Shown one piece after another: positions 21,518 to 31,712 of a stretch of DNA of 64,000 nt. A model generated the notes under the pieces. That model saw only the letters and a program-made list of their open reading frames with translations, was not told the DNA's origin and searched no databases. The translations under genes and the position numbers were made by a program. Numbering within the stretch: the first letter of the stretch is position 1; every line of letters starts with the position of its first letter. Origin of the DNA: Candidatus Poribacteria bacterium (GTDB lineage Bacteria; Poribacteria; WGA-4E; JAJDTR01); NCBI GenBank assembly GCA_965222225.1, contig CBDCTK010000002.1:4256001-4320000 (forward strand). The letters run 5' to 3'.

Positions 21518-21658
21518 CTCGTTTTACACGGAGCGCACTGCCCTTTCTTCCTAACAGGTAAGATTAGGAACTTGTAGCACGGGTTTTAGAATCCACGTTT
21601 ATTCGCCTCGATCTACTCCCTTTTTTGAATCGCGCATCACCTGCTAAGAGGAAAAAAG

Positions 21659-22411
21659 ATGGACATTGAAGCGTTAAAAACAGAACTGGACGAGTACGGT
21701 TTCGTAGTTCTTCCCGACCTGATTCCGGCACCGGATGCCCGACACATGGCAAAGCGGCTGATGGAAATCATGGATCAGATTCCCGATTCCCACGATTTCA
21801 GCGGCGCCAATGAAACGAGTCAACACCTGCGGGGTGTTTTCAACTTTCTGCACCCTAGCGAGTTCGATCTTTTTGAGCAGATAGTTATAAATCCCGTTCT
21901 CCTTGAATTGGCGGACTACAAACTTGGCGATGGCTTTCAACTCAACACGGTCGCAGCACTCTGGCGCAAACCCGGTGCGACAATCGGCAAACTCCACGCC
22001 GATTTGCCGATGTTGACGAGGCGTGAGACTCCGTTCCCCACCCCCAAGGTGTGCTTTCTGCTCAACTGTCTATGGATGTTGGACGATTTCACTAAGGAAA
22101 ACGGTGCCACGCGCGTGATGCCTTTCAGCCATCACGCCGGAATCGCCCCTAGAGCCGAAGTAGACTACCGGCATTTGGTGCCAATCGAAGGACGCGCCGG
22201 ATCGGTTGTCGTGCTCAATGGTCCGGTTTGGCATGCCGCTTGGTCAAACACGACGAAAGATGACCAACGTATTGGCGCCCCCGTTCCCTATCATGCACGG
22301 TGGATGGATCCCACCGATCCGGCTCTGGGATGGTGCCTCCATAAACGCAGCGTCCGGGACAAATTCTCGCCCATGATGCAAGAGCTAACGCAACACGTAG
22401 AAGACGACTGA
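21659..22411 (+). CDS. PhyH-family dioxygenase
   Basis: EYGFVVLPD, LHAD, LDDFTKENGATRVMPFSH, VWHAA..N. Confidence 0.88.
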   Translation: MDIEALKTELDEYGFVVLPDLIPAPDARHMAKRLMEIMDQIPDSHDFSGANETSQHLRGVFNFLHPSEFDLFEQIVINPVLLELADYKLGDGFQLNTVAALWRKPGATIGKLHADLPMLTRRETPFPTPKVCFLLNCLWMLDDFTKENGATRVMPFSHHAGIAPRAEVDYRHLVPIEGRAGSVVVLNGPVWHAAWSNTTKDDQRIGAPVPYHARWMDPTDPALGWCLHKRSVRDKFSPMMQELTQHVEDD

Positions 22412-22419
22412 TTAGCCGT

Positions 22420-22498
22420 GTAGGGTGGGCACTCCGTATCAGCCTTTAACCATCCTCGGGTTTTGCACTTCGGTTTGTAGTAGCGCAATTCATTGCGC
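22420..22498 (+). repeat. REP-like family A copy followed by GTAGTAGCGCAATTCATTGCGC palindrome
   Basis: GTAGGGTGGGCACTCCGTATCAGCC at 22420-22444; GCGCAAT/ATTGCGC stem at 22477-22498. Confidence 0.7.
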
Positions 22499-22656
22499 GT
22501 TTTTTGGAGAAGTTAGTTCTGTTCGCGAACCAACAACGTTACTCGCGATAGAAGGACGCGATCGGTGTCGAACTACGAAAATCCTACTGTATTTATTCGT
22601 GTTAATCGGTGCCCTTCTGACTTCTCGTTCCCCTCAACTCAAGGAGGAAACAAACA

Positions 22657-23472
22657 ATGGCACTCACACCCCAACAATGCGAATTCTTCGATTCATTCGG
22701 ATATCTCGTGCTGCCCGGCTTACTGGCGGACGATGTCGATTGGATGGTTGAAGAACATCGCAAGGTTTTTGAACAGAACGGCATCGTCCATGATGGCACG
22801 AAACGCTCTTTCATCGTGCCGTTCATAGATCAAACCGAGAAGCTATGTACCTTACTCGACCATCCCAAGGTGCTTGAGGTGCTCGGATCTCTGTTAGGCG
22901 ATGATTTCAATTACGTCGGCAGCGATGGCAGCTACTACAGTGGCAGCACAAATTGGCACGATGACGGCGGACATCGGCCCGGCGGGCTCACCTTCGCGAA
23001 ATTCCATATCTATCTTGACACGCTGACACGCGATACGGGCTGTATCCGCGTCATCCCCGGCAGTCACCTATCAGGCGGATGGAGAGACCAACTCAGGAAG
23101 AACATCTGGCTGCAACCGTTCAGCGAAACTATAGGTGTCCTGGGGAGCGATATTCCTTGTGTCGCAATTGGAAACCAGCCTGGGGACGTCGCTGTGTTAA
23201 ATCACACCACCTATCACGCAACCTTCGGGGGCGGACCGGCACGTCGTCACTTTGACCTCAATCTGTCAAGTCGCGCAAAAACGGAAGAAGAACTCGCAGA
23301 CCTTGAGAAGTTCATCCTACCGAAAGAACGAACAAAAGAGAAACCCAGCAAATACGCGCCGGGGGTACAAGACATTATGCTCGGCACGGCTACTCCCGAG
23401 CGCATGCGCCACCTTGAGCAAGTCATTGAGCGCGAAAACCTCGATCGTGCGGCATGGGAAGCTACACAATAG
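22657..23472 (+). CDS. PhyH-family dioxygenase (tandem paralog 1)
   Basis: LTPQQCEFFDSFGYL, WHDD, RVIPGSH, YHATFGG..RR. Confidence 0.88.
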   Translation: MALTPQQCEFFDSFGYLVLPGLLADDVDWMVEEHRKVFEQNGIVHDGTKRSFIVPFIDQTEKLCTLLDHPKVLEVLGSLLGDDFNYVGSDGSYYSGSTNWHDDGGHRPGGLTFAKFHIYLDTLTRDTGCIRVIPGSHLSGGWRDQLRKNIWLQPFSETIGVLGSDIPCVAIGNQPGDVAVLNHTTYHATFGGGPARRHFDLNLSSRAKTEEELADLEKFILPKERTKEKPSKYAPGVQDIMLGTATPERMRHLEQVIERENLDRAAWEATQ

Positions 23473-23560
23473 TTATTGGTTTAAGGCGGAATCGGCAAGC
23501 AGCAAATCGCCGCTGGAGCGAAAGGCTGTTCAATTTTCGAAATGAGGTACATAGCCTAAA

Positions 23561-24352
23561 ATGACGCTTACCCCCCAACAATGCACTTTCTTCGAATCAT
23601 TTGGCTATCTAATTCTGCCGGGTTTATTGACGGATGACATTGATTGGATTATCCGGGAGCATCAAAAAGTCTTTGAGCAGGAGGGAGTCGTTCATGATGG
23701 CACAAAGCGCTCCTTTATTGTCCCTTTCATTGACGAAAGCAAGCATCTGTGTACTCTCCTCGATCATCCCAATGTCGTCGGGGTGCTCAGCTCGTTGTTG
23801 GGCGACTTCAACTACGTAGGGGGTGGCGGCAACTACTACAGCGGCGACACGAATTGGCACGACGACGGAGGACATCGCATCGGAGGTCTGGTTTTCGTCA
23901 AGTTTCATATATATCTCGATCCACTGACGCGCGAAACAGGTTGTATCCGAGTGATCCCAGGCAGCCATCTAGATGGCAAATGGAGGGACCAGCTACATAA
24001 AATCCGCCTTCAGGCGTTCAGCGAGGATTTGGGGATTCGAGGAGACGATGTCCCGTGTGTTACCGCTGAAACCGAACCCGGCGATGTCGTCGTCTTGAAT
24101 CACACAACGTATCACGCTTCCTTCGGCGGCGGGCCGGCACGTCGTCATCTTGACCTCAACGCCTCCAGTCGAGCGAGAACCGATGCCGAGTTCAAAGATC
24201 TCGACAAATTCATCAAGATTATAGAAGGCTTCAAACGGCAAAAGGAGCCAACGGGAGCAGAAGACATGATTCTCGGGACCGCCTCTCCCGAACGAATGCG
24301 CCACCTTGAACAGGTAATAGAACGCGAAAACTATCTTCACAACGCTCCGTGA
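23561..24352 (+). CDS. PhyH-family dioxygenase (tandem paralog 2)
   Basis: Same motifs; closely similar to paralog 1. Confidence 0.88.
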   Translation: MTLTPQQCTFFESFGYLILPGLLTDDIDWIIREHQKVFEQEGVVHDGTKRSFIVPFIDESKHLCTLLDHPNVVGVLSSLLGDFNYVGGGGNYYSGDTNWHDDGGHRIGGLVFVKFHIYLDPLTRETGCIRVIPGSHLDGKWRDQLHKIRLQAFSEDLGIRGDDVPCVTAETEPGDVVVLNHTTYHASFGGGPARRHLDLNASSRARTDAEFKDLDKFIKIIEGFKRQKEPTGAEDMILGTASPERMRHLEQVIERENYLHNAP

Positions 24353-24354
24353 TT

Positions 24355-24379
24355 GTAGGGTGGGCACTGTCCACCAGTC
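24355..24379 (+). repeat. REP-like family A copy
   Basis: GTAGGGTGGGCACTGTCCACCAGTC just after the stop codon. Confidence 0.75.
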
Positions 24380-24475
24380 GTTGAACTTGCATGTGAGATG
24401 TTTTGCGCATTACGCAATGCTTCATCGCCATTCCCGTTACGCTTTGATATTCAACACAAAGGATGCAACCCTAAA

Positions 24476-25267
24476 ATGACTCTTACTCCGCAACAATGCA
24501 CCTTCTTCGAATCATTTGGCTATCTGATTCTACCGGACTTGATGACGGACGACGTCGCCTGGATAATTGAGGAGCATCGGAAGGTTTTTGAGCAGAAGGG
24601 CGTCAATCACGACGGATCAAAACGCTCTATGATCGTCCCATTCAGCGATCGGAGCGAGCGACTCTGCACGCTTTTAGACCATCCGAAGGTACTCGGTGCG
24701 CTGAAATCCCTACTCGGCGATGATTTCAACTACGTGGGTGGCGACGGGAACTACTACAGCGGCGAAACCGGATGGCACTCCGACGGTGGGCATCAAGTCG
24801 GTCTCTTCGCCAAATTTCATCTCTATCTTGACCCGCTGGCACGGGATACAGGAAGCATTCGCGTGATTCCCGGCAGTCACCTTATCGGGCCGTGGAGAGA
24901 CCACCTTCAGCGGACTCGTCAGCCAAACGAACTATTAGGAGTACCGGGACGCGATGTTCCATGCATCGCCGCTGAAACCGAACCCGGCGATGTTGTTGTG
25001 TTCAATCATAACATTTACCACGCCTCTTTCGGTGGGGGCACTGCTCGCCGCCACATGTGCCTCAACGTGACGAGCCGAGCAAGAACCGAAGCCGAAATCA
25101 ACGAACTTGACAGCTACCTACGCCCGGGCGGAAGACCGAAGCATTGGCCCGGAAAATATGCGCCCGGCGCACAAGACATCATGCGCAATACGGCTTCTCC
25201 CGAGCGGTATGTCCATCTGGAACAGGTAATTCAACGCGAGCAGTACTATATAAACGCAGCGCAATAA
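24476..25267 (+). CDS. PhyH-family dioxygenase (tandem paralog 3)
   Basis: Start ATG 24476 (MTLTPQQ, as in paralogs); WHSD, RVIPGSH, YHASFGG. Confidence 0.88.
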   Translation: MTLTPQQCTFFESFGYLILPDLMTDDVAWIIEEHRKVFEQKGVNHDGSKRSMIVPFSDRSERLCTLLDHPKVLGALKSLLGDDFNYVGGDGNYYSGETGWHSDGGHQVGLFAKFHLYLDPLARDTGSIRVIPGSHLIGPWRDHLQRTRQPNELLGVPGRDVPCIAAETEPGDVVVFNHNIYHASFGGGTARRHMCLNVTSRARTEAEINELDSYLRPGGRPKHWPGKYAPGAQDIMRNTASPERYVHLEQVIQREQYYINAAQ

Positions 25268-25352
25268 ATTAAGGGAGCACCACGCACCCGCCTTTGAGTT
25301 TTGTCTATCTTTGTTTATCCCTTGTCGTTTGTGCGTCTTTTACCATCTACCA

Positions 25353-25651
25353 ATAGGACTTACGTAGCAACAGGAGGCAGCTCCGGTGGGCAGGGATTAA
25401 GCAAGCGATAGCGCGTGCGATAGATATGTTTTTGCCCTGCCACGCATGGGCGGTCGCGATCGGGAGAGGATCTCTATGGGAACCCTATCGCACTCACTAC
25501 AAGATCTACTATCGCCTTCGTTATTCACTCAGTTGATCGTTCGCTTGATCGCTCCTTATCCAGTCGCTTGATCTTACAGGGATTGTGCGCAGAAATAGGA
25601 ATTAACCTACTCTGCCGCTAGCTTTTGAGTGTTCAATCGTGTAAGTCCTAT
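25353..25651. mobile_element. MITE-like cassette with (T)AGGACTTAC termini enclosing inverted CTATCGC modules
   Basis: ATAGGACTTAC (25353-25363) / GTAAGTCCTAT (25641-25651) perfect 11-bp inverted repeat; same end type as 39981-40141. Confidence 0.7.
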
Positions 25652-25710
25652 ACAAACCAAAGGGGATCTGTTTCTCATCGTGCGCCACAATCCAAGGACG
25701 AAACCTCAAA

Positions 25711-26514
25711 ATGTCATTGACCCCACAACAGTGCTCGTTCTTTGAGTCGTTCGGATACATCCTTCTGCCGCGTTTGATGACCGAAGACATTCCTTGGATA
25801 ATTGAGGAACACAGAAGAGTCTTTGAGAAAAAGGGAATCGTACATGACGGAAGCAGGCGTTCTCAGATTGTGCCTTTCAGCGATCAGAGCGAGCGACTCT
25901 GTACTTTACTCGACCATCCCAAAGTGCTCGGTGTACTTACGTCGCTGCTTGGAGACGACTTCAATTATATCGGCGGCGACGGCAACTTCTACAGCGGCGA
26001 CACAAACTGGCATTCCGACGGCTTTCATACAGTCGGTCTTTACGCCAAGTTTCATCTTTATCTCGACCCGCTGACGCGCGACACCGGTTGTATCCGCGTG
26101 ATTCCCGGCAGCCACCTAAGTGGACCATGGCGGAATCAGGCAGAACGTGGTCGCCAATCAAACGAAAATTTTGGAATCCCGGGCAGCGGCGTTCCCTGTG
26201 CCGCCATCGAGACCGAACCCGGTGACATCGTGGTATTCAATCACAATATCCTCCATGCTGCATACGGTGGAGGCACCGCCCGTTGCCACTTTTGTTTGAA
26301 TGTATCACGTCGGGCGAAAACCGAGGCCGAAATCGAAGAGCTCCACAAATACATCCGTCGTCCCGATGGATTGCCTCGTTATCATCCGAGATCCGCCAGT
26401 GTACACTCGGAACTGATGCGCCGTACCGCATCTCCCGCACGAATGCGTCACTTAGAGCAGGTTATCGAATGCGAAAGCCAGTGGCTAACAGCTAGGAGAG
26501 ATTCGCACATATGA
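25711..26514 (+). CDS. PhyH-family dioxygenase (tandem paralog 4)
   Basis: LTPQQCSFFESFGY, WHSD, RVIPGSH, LHAAYGG. Confidence 0.88.
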   Translation: MSLTPQQCSFFESFGYILLPRLMTEDIPWIIEEHRRVFEKKGIVHDGSRRSQIVPFSDQSERLCTLLDHPKVLGVLTSLLGDDFNYIGGDGNFYSGDTNWHSDGFHTVGLYAKFHLYLDPLTRDTGCIRVIPGSHLSGPWRNQAERGRQSNENFGIPGSGVPCAAIETEPGDIVVFNHNILHAAYGGGTARCHFCLNVSRRAKTEAEIEELHKYIRRPDGLPRYHPRSASVHSELMRRTASPARMRHLEQVIECESQWLTARRDSHI

Positions 26515-27347
26515 CAACCTCCGATATACTTGCCGGCGAACCGGAACTCGTTGCAACCGGATTTAAATTCACGGAAGGCCCCGTCTGGCACCCCGATGGC
26601 TATCTCTTCTTGAGCGACATTCCGGCACATCGAATCTTTAAATTGACGCCCGACGGCACTTCGGAAATCTATCGCGAACCCAGCGGCGGTGCCAACGGAT
26701 TAACCTTCGATCGCCAAGGCAGGCTCATTGCGTGTGAATACCACAGCCGTCGCGTTTCCCGCATGGAAATTGACGGCACTATCAGCACCCTCGCAGACAA
26801 CTACCGCGGCAGGCGCTTGAATAGCCCCAATGATGTGGTGGTGAAATCGAACAGCAGCATCTATTTCACCGATCCGTTCTACGGTTTCCCCGCATCCCAG
26901 GAACGTGAACTTGATTTTCAGGGCGTCTACCGCATCGCCGCGGATGGGACAATTTCACTGCTTGTCGAAGATTTCGGTGTTCCAAACGGATTGGCATTCT
27001 CACCGGACGAATGTATCCTGTATATTGACGATTCAAGGCACCAGCATGTCCGCGCCTTCGACGTTTTATCGGACGGCTCCCTCGCCAACGGGCGTATCTT
27101 GATCGATATGACAGCCGATGCGCGAGGCGCCGCAGATGGAATGAAGGTAGATATCGCCGGTAATCTCTATGTCACTGGCGCAGGCGGGACATGGGTTATC
27201 TCTCCGACAGGTGAGCACCTCGGAACCATCGTCACCCCTGAATTGCCGGAGAACTGCGCCTTCGGCGGGCCGGACCATAAGACACTCTTTATCGCAGCCA
27301 GAACCTCAATCTACAGCATTCGGCTCAAAATCAGCGGCGTCCAATAG
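26511..27347 (+). CDS. SMP-30/gluconolactonase/LRE family protein
   Basis: FTEGPVW, SDIP, NGL, LNSPND, FTDP, PNGLAFSPD, DGMKVD; ATGA overlap with upstream gene. Confidence 0.92.
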   Translation: MTTSDILAGEPELVATGFKFTEGPVWHPDGYLFLSDIPAHRIFKLTPDGTSEIYREPSGGANGLTFDRQGRLIACEYHSRRVSRMEIDGTISTLADNYRGRRLNSPNDVVVKSNSSIYFTDPFYGFPASQERELDFQGVYRIAADGTISLLVEDFGVPNGLAFSPDECILYIDDSRHQHVRAFDVLSDGSLANGRILIDMTADARGAADGMKVDIAGNLYVTGAGGTWVISPTGEHLGTIVTPELPENCAFGGPDHKTLFIAARTSIYSIRLKISGVQ

Positions 27348-27462
27348 TGATTTCCGCGTTATTCGTCATGTCGGCATCGGTGCGTACTATTCTGCTTTTT
27401 TTACGCATTATACCATTTCTCCATATTTACAGCGCATTAATAGCGTCAATCAAGTCTCTCCG

Positions 27463-27556
27463 AGGCGGGGAAAGGGGATTTCTATCGCACGGGACTTACT
27501 ATCGCGCTCCCTGTTCAGTCGCTTGATCGCTATTCGCTTGCTTGATCCCCGCCTAC
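27463..27556 (+). repeat. CTATCGC-module repeat within an AGGCGGGGA/TCCCCGCCT stem
   Basis: Stem with CTAC end; loop carries two CTATCGC and two CTTGATC units. Confidence 0.75.
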
Positions 27557-27715
27557 CGGTTTTGGTGTGCAGGGCATGGTTGGTATCGGTCTTTTCACAA
27601 TAGTATAATTGGGAAAACCCAATGCAACATTATTCAATCGAGATGGTATTACGTATTATTTTCTTAGCTTCTTCTCACGCCTCATTTTGATTCTTGACCA
27701 AGGAAACGTAAACAC

Positions 27716-28639
27716 ATGCAATATCGTCAGTTGGGTAATTCCGGGATTGAAGTACCCGTTCTAGGGCTGGGCGGTTGGACACTGGGCGGAGCAGCTTACG
27801 GAGCCGTTGACCGGGACACGGCGGTGACCGCCATGCGCACAGCATTCGACCTCGGCATCACTCTCATTGACGGCGCCCCGTACTATGGCCAGACTGAGAC
27901 GTGGTTCGGAGAGGAATTTCGCTCTCGACGCCACGAAGTGTTCCTCATCACCAAGTCTCAGAGTCGACCTTACACAAAGGTAAATCTATTTGCCAACATT
28001 GAAGGCAGCCTAAAAAATTTACGCACAGATTACGCCGACCTCTATGTAATCTTTCCCGATGCGAATACTTCCGTGGACGACATCCTTGATGGGTTAATTC
28101 AGGTAAAAGAATCTGGCAAAGCCCGCGTCGTGGGCGTCACCAATTGGGATAGCTGTATGCTACAGGCATCCGTTGGCAAGGTAGAACTGGCTACCAATCA
28201 GCTCGGTTACAGCCTTTTCGATCGCTATTGGCAAAAGACCGTATTCCCAACTTGCGCCGAGCTAGGTATCGGTGTTATGGCATACAGTCCGCTCGCTCAG
28301 GGACTCCTCAGCGGCGCTATTACCCGCGACACCAAACTTCCGCCGGACGACGTGCGAACACATAACAATCTGTACGCCCCCGAAAACCTCCCCACGAATT
28401 TGACCGTAGTGGAGAGGTTGAATGAATTCGCAAGTGAACGCGGGTTGACACTCTCCCAACTGGCGCTGGCATGGACGCTCACCAATCCGCTCGTAAGTGT
28501 GGCAATCATCGGAACCCGGCGCCCAAATCGGTTGGCGGAAGATATCGGCGCGCTTGATGCGCAATTAACTCCTGTGGAGTTAGCCCGACTTGAAAGCATT
28601 GTCGCCAATATCTCCGGAGTTGCCCCACGCTTCGGTTGA
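27716..28639 (+). CDS. Aldo/keto reductase
   Basis: YRQLGNSG..LGLG, IDGAPYYG, SLKNLRTDYADLY, MAYSPLAQGLL, QLALAW. Confidence 0.9.
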   Translation: MQYRQLGNSGIEVPVLGLGGWTLGGAAYGAVDRDTAVTAMRTAFDLGITLIDGAPYYGQTETWFGEEFRSRRHEVFLITKSQSRPYTKVNLFANIEGSLKNLRTDYADLYVIFPDANTSVDDILDGLIQVKESGKARVVGVTNWDSCMLQASVGKVELATNQLGYSLFDRYWQKTVFPTCAELGIGVMAYSPLAQGLLSGAITRDTKLPPDDVRTHNNLYAPENLPTNLTVVERLNEFASERGLTLSQLALAWTLTNPLVSVAIIGTRRPNRLAEDIGALDAQLTPVELARLESIVANISGVAPRFG

Positions 28640-28799
28640 ATCGTGCACTATATTCCCCGTGTCTAATTTACGTCTATCAATGTCTCTCTTGCGCAATTTT
28701 CTTTTCAATCTCTGTTCTCTAGTTCTTCTCGCTAGCGACTAACCACCGCGTATTTGCGTTCAACGATTTTCACATCATTTCCTTCGGGGAGCACTTCCG

Positions 28800-30275
28800 A
28801 TGTCCAATCCTTCTCAACATCGCCCTAATATCATGGTCATCCACTGCCACGACCTTGGTCGGCATCTCGGTTGTTACGGCCGTGGCGTCGAAACACCAAA
28901 CATCGACCGCCTGGCAGGTGAAGGCGTTCGATTCGATCGGTATTTTTCAACGGCCCCGTACTGCGCCCCGAGCAGATGCAGCCGCATGACAGGACTTTAT
29001 CCCGTCAACCACGGTGCAATCGGTCAGACGCACTTGGGTTGGAAAATGAACGATGGGCTTCAAACACTGCCGATGTACATGAACGCGCTCGGTTATGATA
29101 CCTATCTCTTCGGTTTTCAACACGAAGCTATCGATCCTAAAGAACTCGGTTATCAGCACACCGAATACGGTTTTCCAAACGCCACGATTAGCGCCATGGA
29201 TGTAGCGCCGCGTGTTCAACAGTTTCTCGACGGTCATCGCCAAGAAGATGGCCCCTTCTACATGGATGTCGGATTCACGGAGGCGCACTCGATGACCCCG
29301 CGCGGCGGGTTCGACACTTGGCCCGACAACCTACCCGTGCCGCGTTTCAAACCAAAGTATGTCCACCGTGTCGATGCCTCTAAGTACATGGGTCAGATAG
29401 TCTGTCCCGTTGACAACCCGTGCGATCCCTATTTTCGCGACTACGATCCGGACGAAGTTCAGGCGCTTCCATACCTCCCGGACCGACGTGGGATTCGCGA
29501 AGACATCGCGGAACTGAATAGCCTCATCACATGCGTCATTGATGTCGCGGTCGGACGAATCCTCGACAGACTTAGCGCCACCGGGCTGGACAAAAACACA
29601 CTTGTCATCTTCACGACAGATCACGGTATCGAGGTGCCGCGCGCCAAAGGATCCCTCTACGACGCGGGCATTGAGTGTGCCCTGATTATGCGCTATCCCG
29701 ACAATTTCCACCCGGGGAAGACGAATGATGCTTTGCTAAGCAATGTTGACTTTCTGCCCACCCTTGTCGAGATTGCCGGCGGCCATGCGCCGAATGACAT
29801 TGACGGACGCTCCTTCCTTCCAATGCTTCAAAACCGCGCTTATCAACGACGAGATCACATCTATGCTGAAAACACCTGGCACGGTCAGTATATCCCGATA
29901 CGAGGAATTAGGACGGAGCGCTTCAAGTATCTTATGAACTTCGATTCTCACAAGCATCTGCTGTACCCGCAAAATAGATCCGCCCGCGAAGTGCTCACGG
30001 AACTGCTAACGGGATTCAAAGGAATCGAGGAGCTATACGACCTCCGGTTTGATCCACACGAGCAGAATAATCTCGCATGTACACGAAAGATGTTTGGTTT
30101 CGGCAACATGGGGTTCACCGGATTGTCAGACTGGAAGCCCTGTCATCCCGATTACGAGGAAACTGCGAAGTCCTTCAAAACGCAATTGAGGGCGCACATG
30201 GAGGAAACAAACGATCTGCTGCTGACGGGCCCTGTAACGCATCCCGGTTTTGAGCACATTTGGGACGACCTCTAA
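28800..30275 (+). CDS. Sulfatase (formylglycine-dependent; sulfamidase-like)
   Basis: RPNI..HDLG, CAPSR..TG, FTTDHG, AKGSLYD, EELYDL..DPHE. Confidence 0.92.
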   Translation: MSNPSQHRPNIMVIHCHDLGRHLGCYGRGVETPNIDRLAGEGVRFDRYFSTAPYCAPSRCSRMTGLYPVNHGAIGQTHLGWKMNDGLQTLPMYMNALGYDTYLFGFQHEAIDPKELGYQHTEYGFPNATISAMDVAPRVQQFLDGHRQEDGPFYMDVGFTEAHSMTPRGGFDTWPDNLPVPRFKPKYVHRVDASKYMGQIVCPVDNPCDPYFRDYDPDEVQALPYLPDRRGIREDIAELNSLITCVIDVAVGRILDRLSATGLDKNTLVIFTTDHGIEVPRAKGSLYDAGIECALIMRYPDNFHPGKTNDALLSNVDFLPTLVEIAGGHAPNDIDGRSFLPMLQNRAYQRRDHIYAENTWHGQYIPIRGIRTERFKYLMNFDSHKHLLYPQNRSAREVLTELLTGFKGIEELYDLRFDPHEQNNLACTRKMFGFGNMGFTGLSDWKPCHPDYEETAKSFKTQLRAHMEETNDLLLTGPVTHPGFEHIWDDL

Positions 30276-30386
30276 TTGCTAGATTGACTTTTTCAGTTTC
30301 CTGTCTAGTGGTGGCCCATGCCCCGCTCGTTCTGGATTGACAAATCCAGAACGTTAACCCGGAACGTCTCCTCCGGAGAGAAAGCG

Positions 30387-31549
30387 ATGATAACAAAATT
30401 CGGTACACTCTTTGCGGGCCATGTTGACCTGCCAGAGGTAGGATACGGCGCTCCCCCCGTTAACTCGCACTGGCTGTCCAATGAACACCTAGCCACCGTG
30501 TACGCTAAAACGGAAGCCATCGCAAAGTTCATGGATCGCACCGGTTACGACACACTCTGGTTGGCGGAGCATCACTTCCAGCGCGAAGGATATGAGTGCA
30601 TCTCAAACATCATGATGCTTGCAGTCCATCTCGCGCATCTAACGGAAAAACTGAAAATCGGAAGCGCTTTCAACATTCCGCCTATGTGGCATCCACTTCG
30701 CCTAGCCGAGGATTATTCCACCGCCGACATTCTTACAAATGGGCGCATCATCTTCGGAATAGGACGCGGTTACCACACACGTGAAGTCGAGGTATTCGGT
30801 GCACCGCTGCTTGATAAAGATGCCAACCGCGAGCTGTTCGAGGAGCAGATAGAGGTCATTTTCAAGGCATTCAATGAGCCTTCCTTCTCTCACCATGGTA
30901 AGTATTACGACATTCCGCCTAGGTGCCCTATCGCGGGTACGAATTGGAAGACATTACACTCGTCCCGCGACCCCTCAAACTACCTGTGGAGTGCTGGCAA
31001 CCCATCGTCAGCGCCAGCGATCGCGGACTGAACTTGATGGCGAAGTACGGTATCAAAGGCATGATAGGCGGCGGAGCTGCAGCTGGCGGCGCGGCGGACA
31101 AAGTCGTGGATGCATGGCAGCGCGTCCAAGCAAATCACGGTAGAGAACTGCATCGCGGCGGTGACCTGAACGTTGGATTCACCTGTTATATCGCCGACAC
31201 CGAAGAACAGGCAATAAAGGAGGCTACGAAATACTTTGAAGAGAACGTGAAGATGTTCGCTCCGCTTGGGTTCGTAGGTGGATTAACCGAGGATCAGGTC
31301 GCCGCCACAGCGGATCCACTACGAATAAAAAGCGCGGGGCTCCCTACGCTCAAGGACGCCATAAAAGCCGGTTCTTGGCTATGCGGTCCGCCCGAGTTAA
31401 TCATTGAAAAATTGATGGACGTTCAGAAACGACTTCCCGGTCTTGAGCAAATCACTCTCAACAATACAATCGGGATGCCCGAGGATGCCATCTTGGAGCA
31501 ACTCGACCGCTTCGCCGCAGACGTGATGCCGGCATTTAAGAGTCAGTAG
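30387..31549 (+). pseudogene. LLM-class flavin-dependent oxidoreductase with a single frameshift near 30920 (pseudogene or sequencing error)
   Basis: N-half WLAEHHFQREG..HPLRLAED in one frame; C-half VPYRGYEL..LVPRP..FAADVMPAF in another; one added base after DIPP joins them. Confidence 0.8.
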
Positions 31550-31670
31550 GATGGGGGCTACCCACCAGATTTCGAGTCTTGTCCCAACCACTGCTTTTCT
31601 TACGCATCACGTATCAGGAATCGCCGGCTACTAGCCACTAATCACCAGCCATCGCTTTTCTCACGCATTA
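31546..31670 (+). repeat. REP-like hairpin plus degenerate heptamer repeats
   Basis: GTAGGATGGGGGCTACCCACCAG overlapping the stop codon; CTAGC-CACTAAT-CACCAGC-CATCGC-TTTTCT, similar to 19500-19537. Confidence 0.5.
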
Positions 31671-31712
31671 TTCATCATCGTTCCAACCCGTTCCGCTGCC
31701 ACTCCTGATAAC

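Noticed and set aside
25440-25580. Recurring CTATCGC/CTTGATC units as a CRISPR array
   Set aside because: Units are short, degenerate and irregularly spaced, with no unique 30-40 bp spacers and no cas genes in the window
22657-26514. PhyH array as a diversity-generating retroelement
   Set aside because: No reverse transcriptase, no near-identical TR/VR pair, and differences are not adenine-specific
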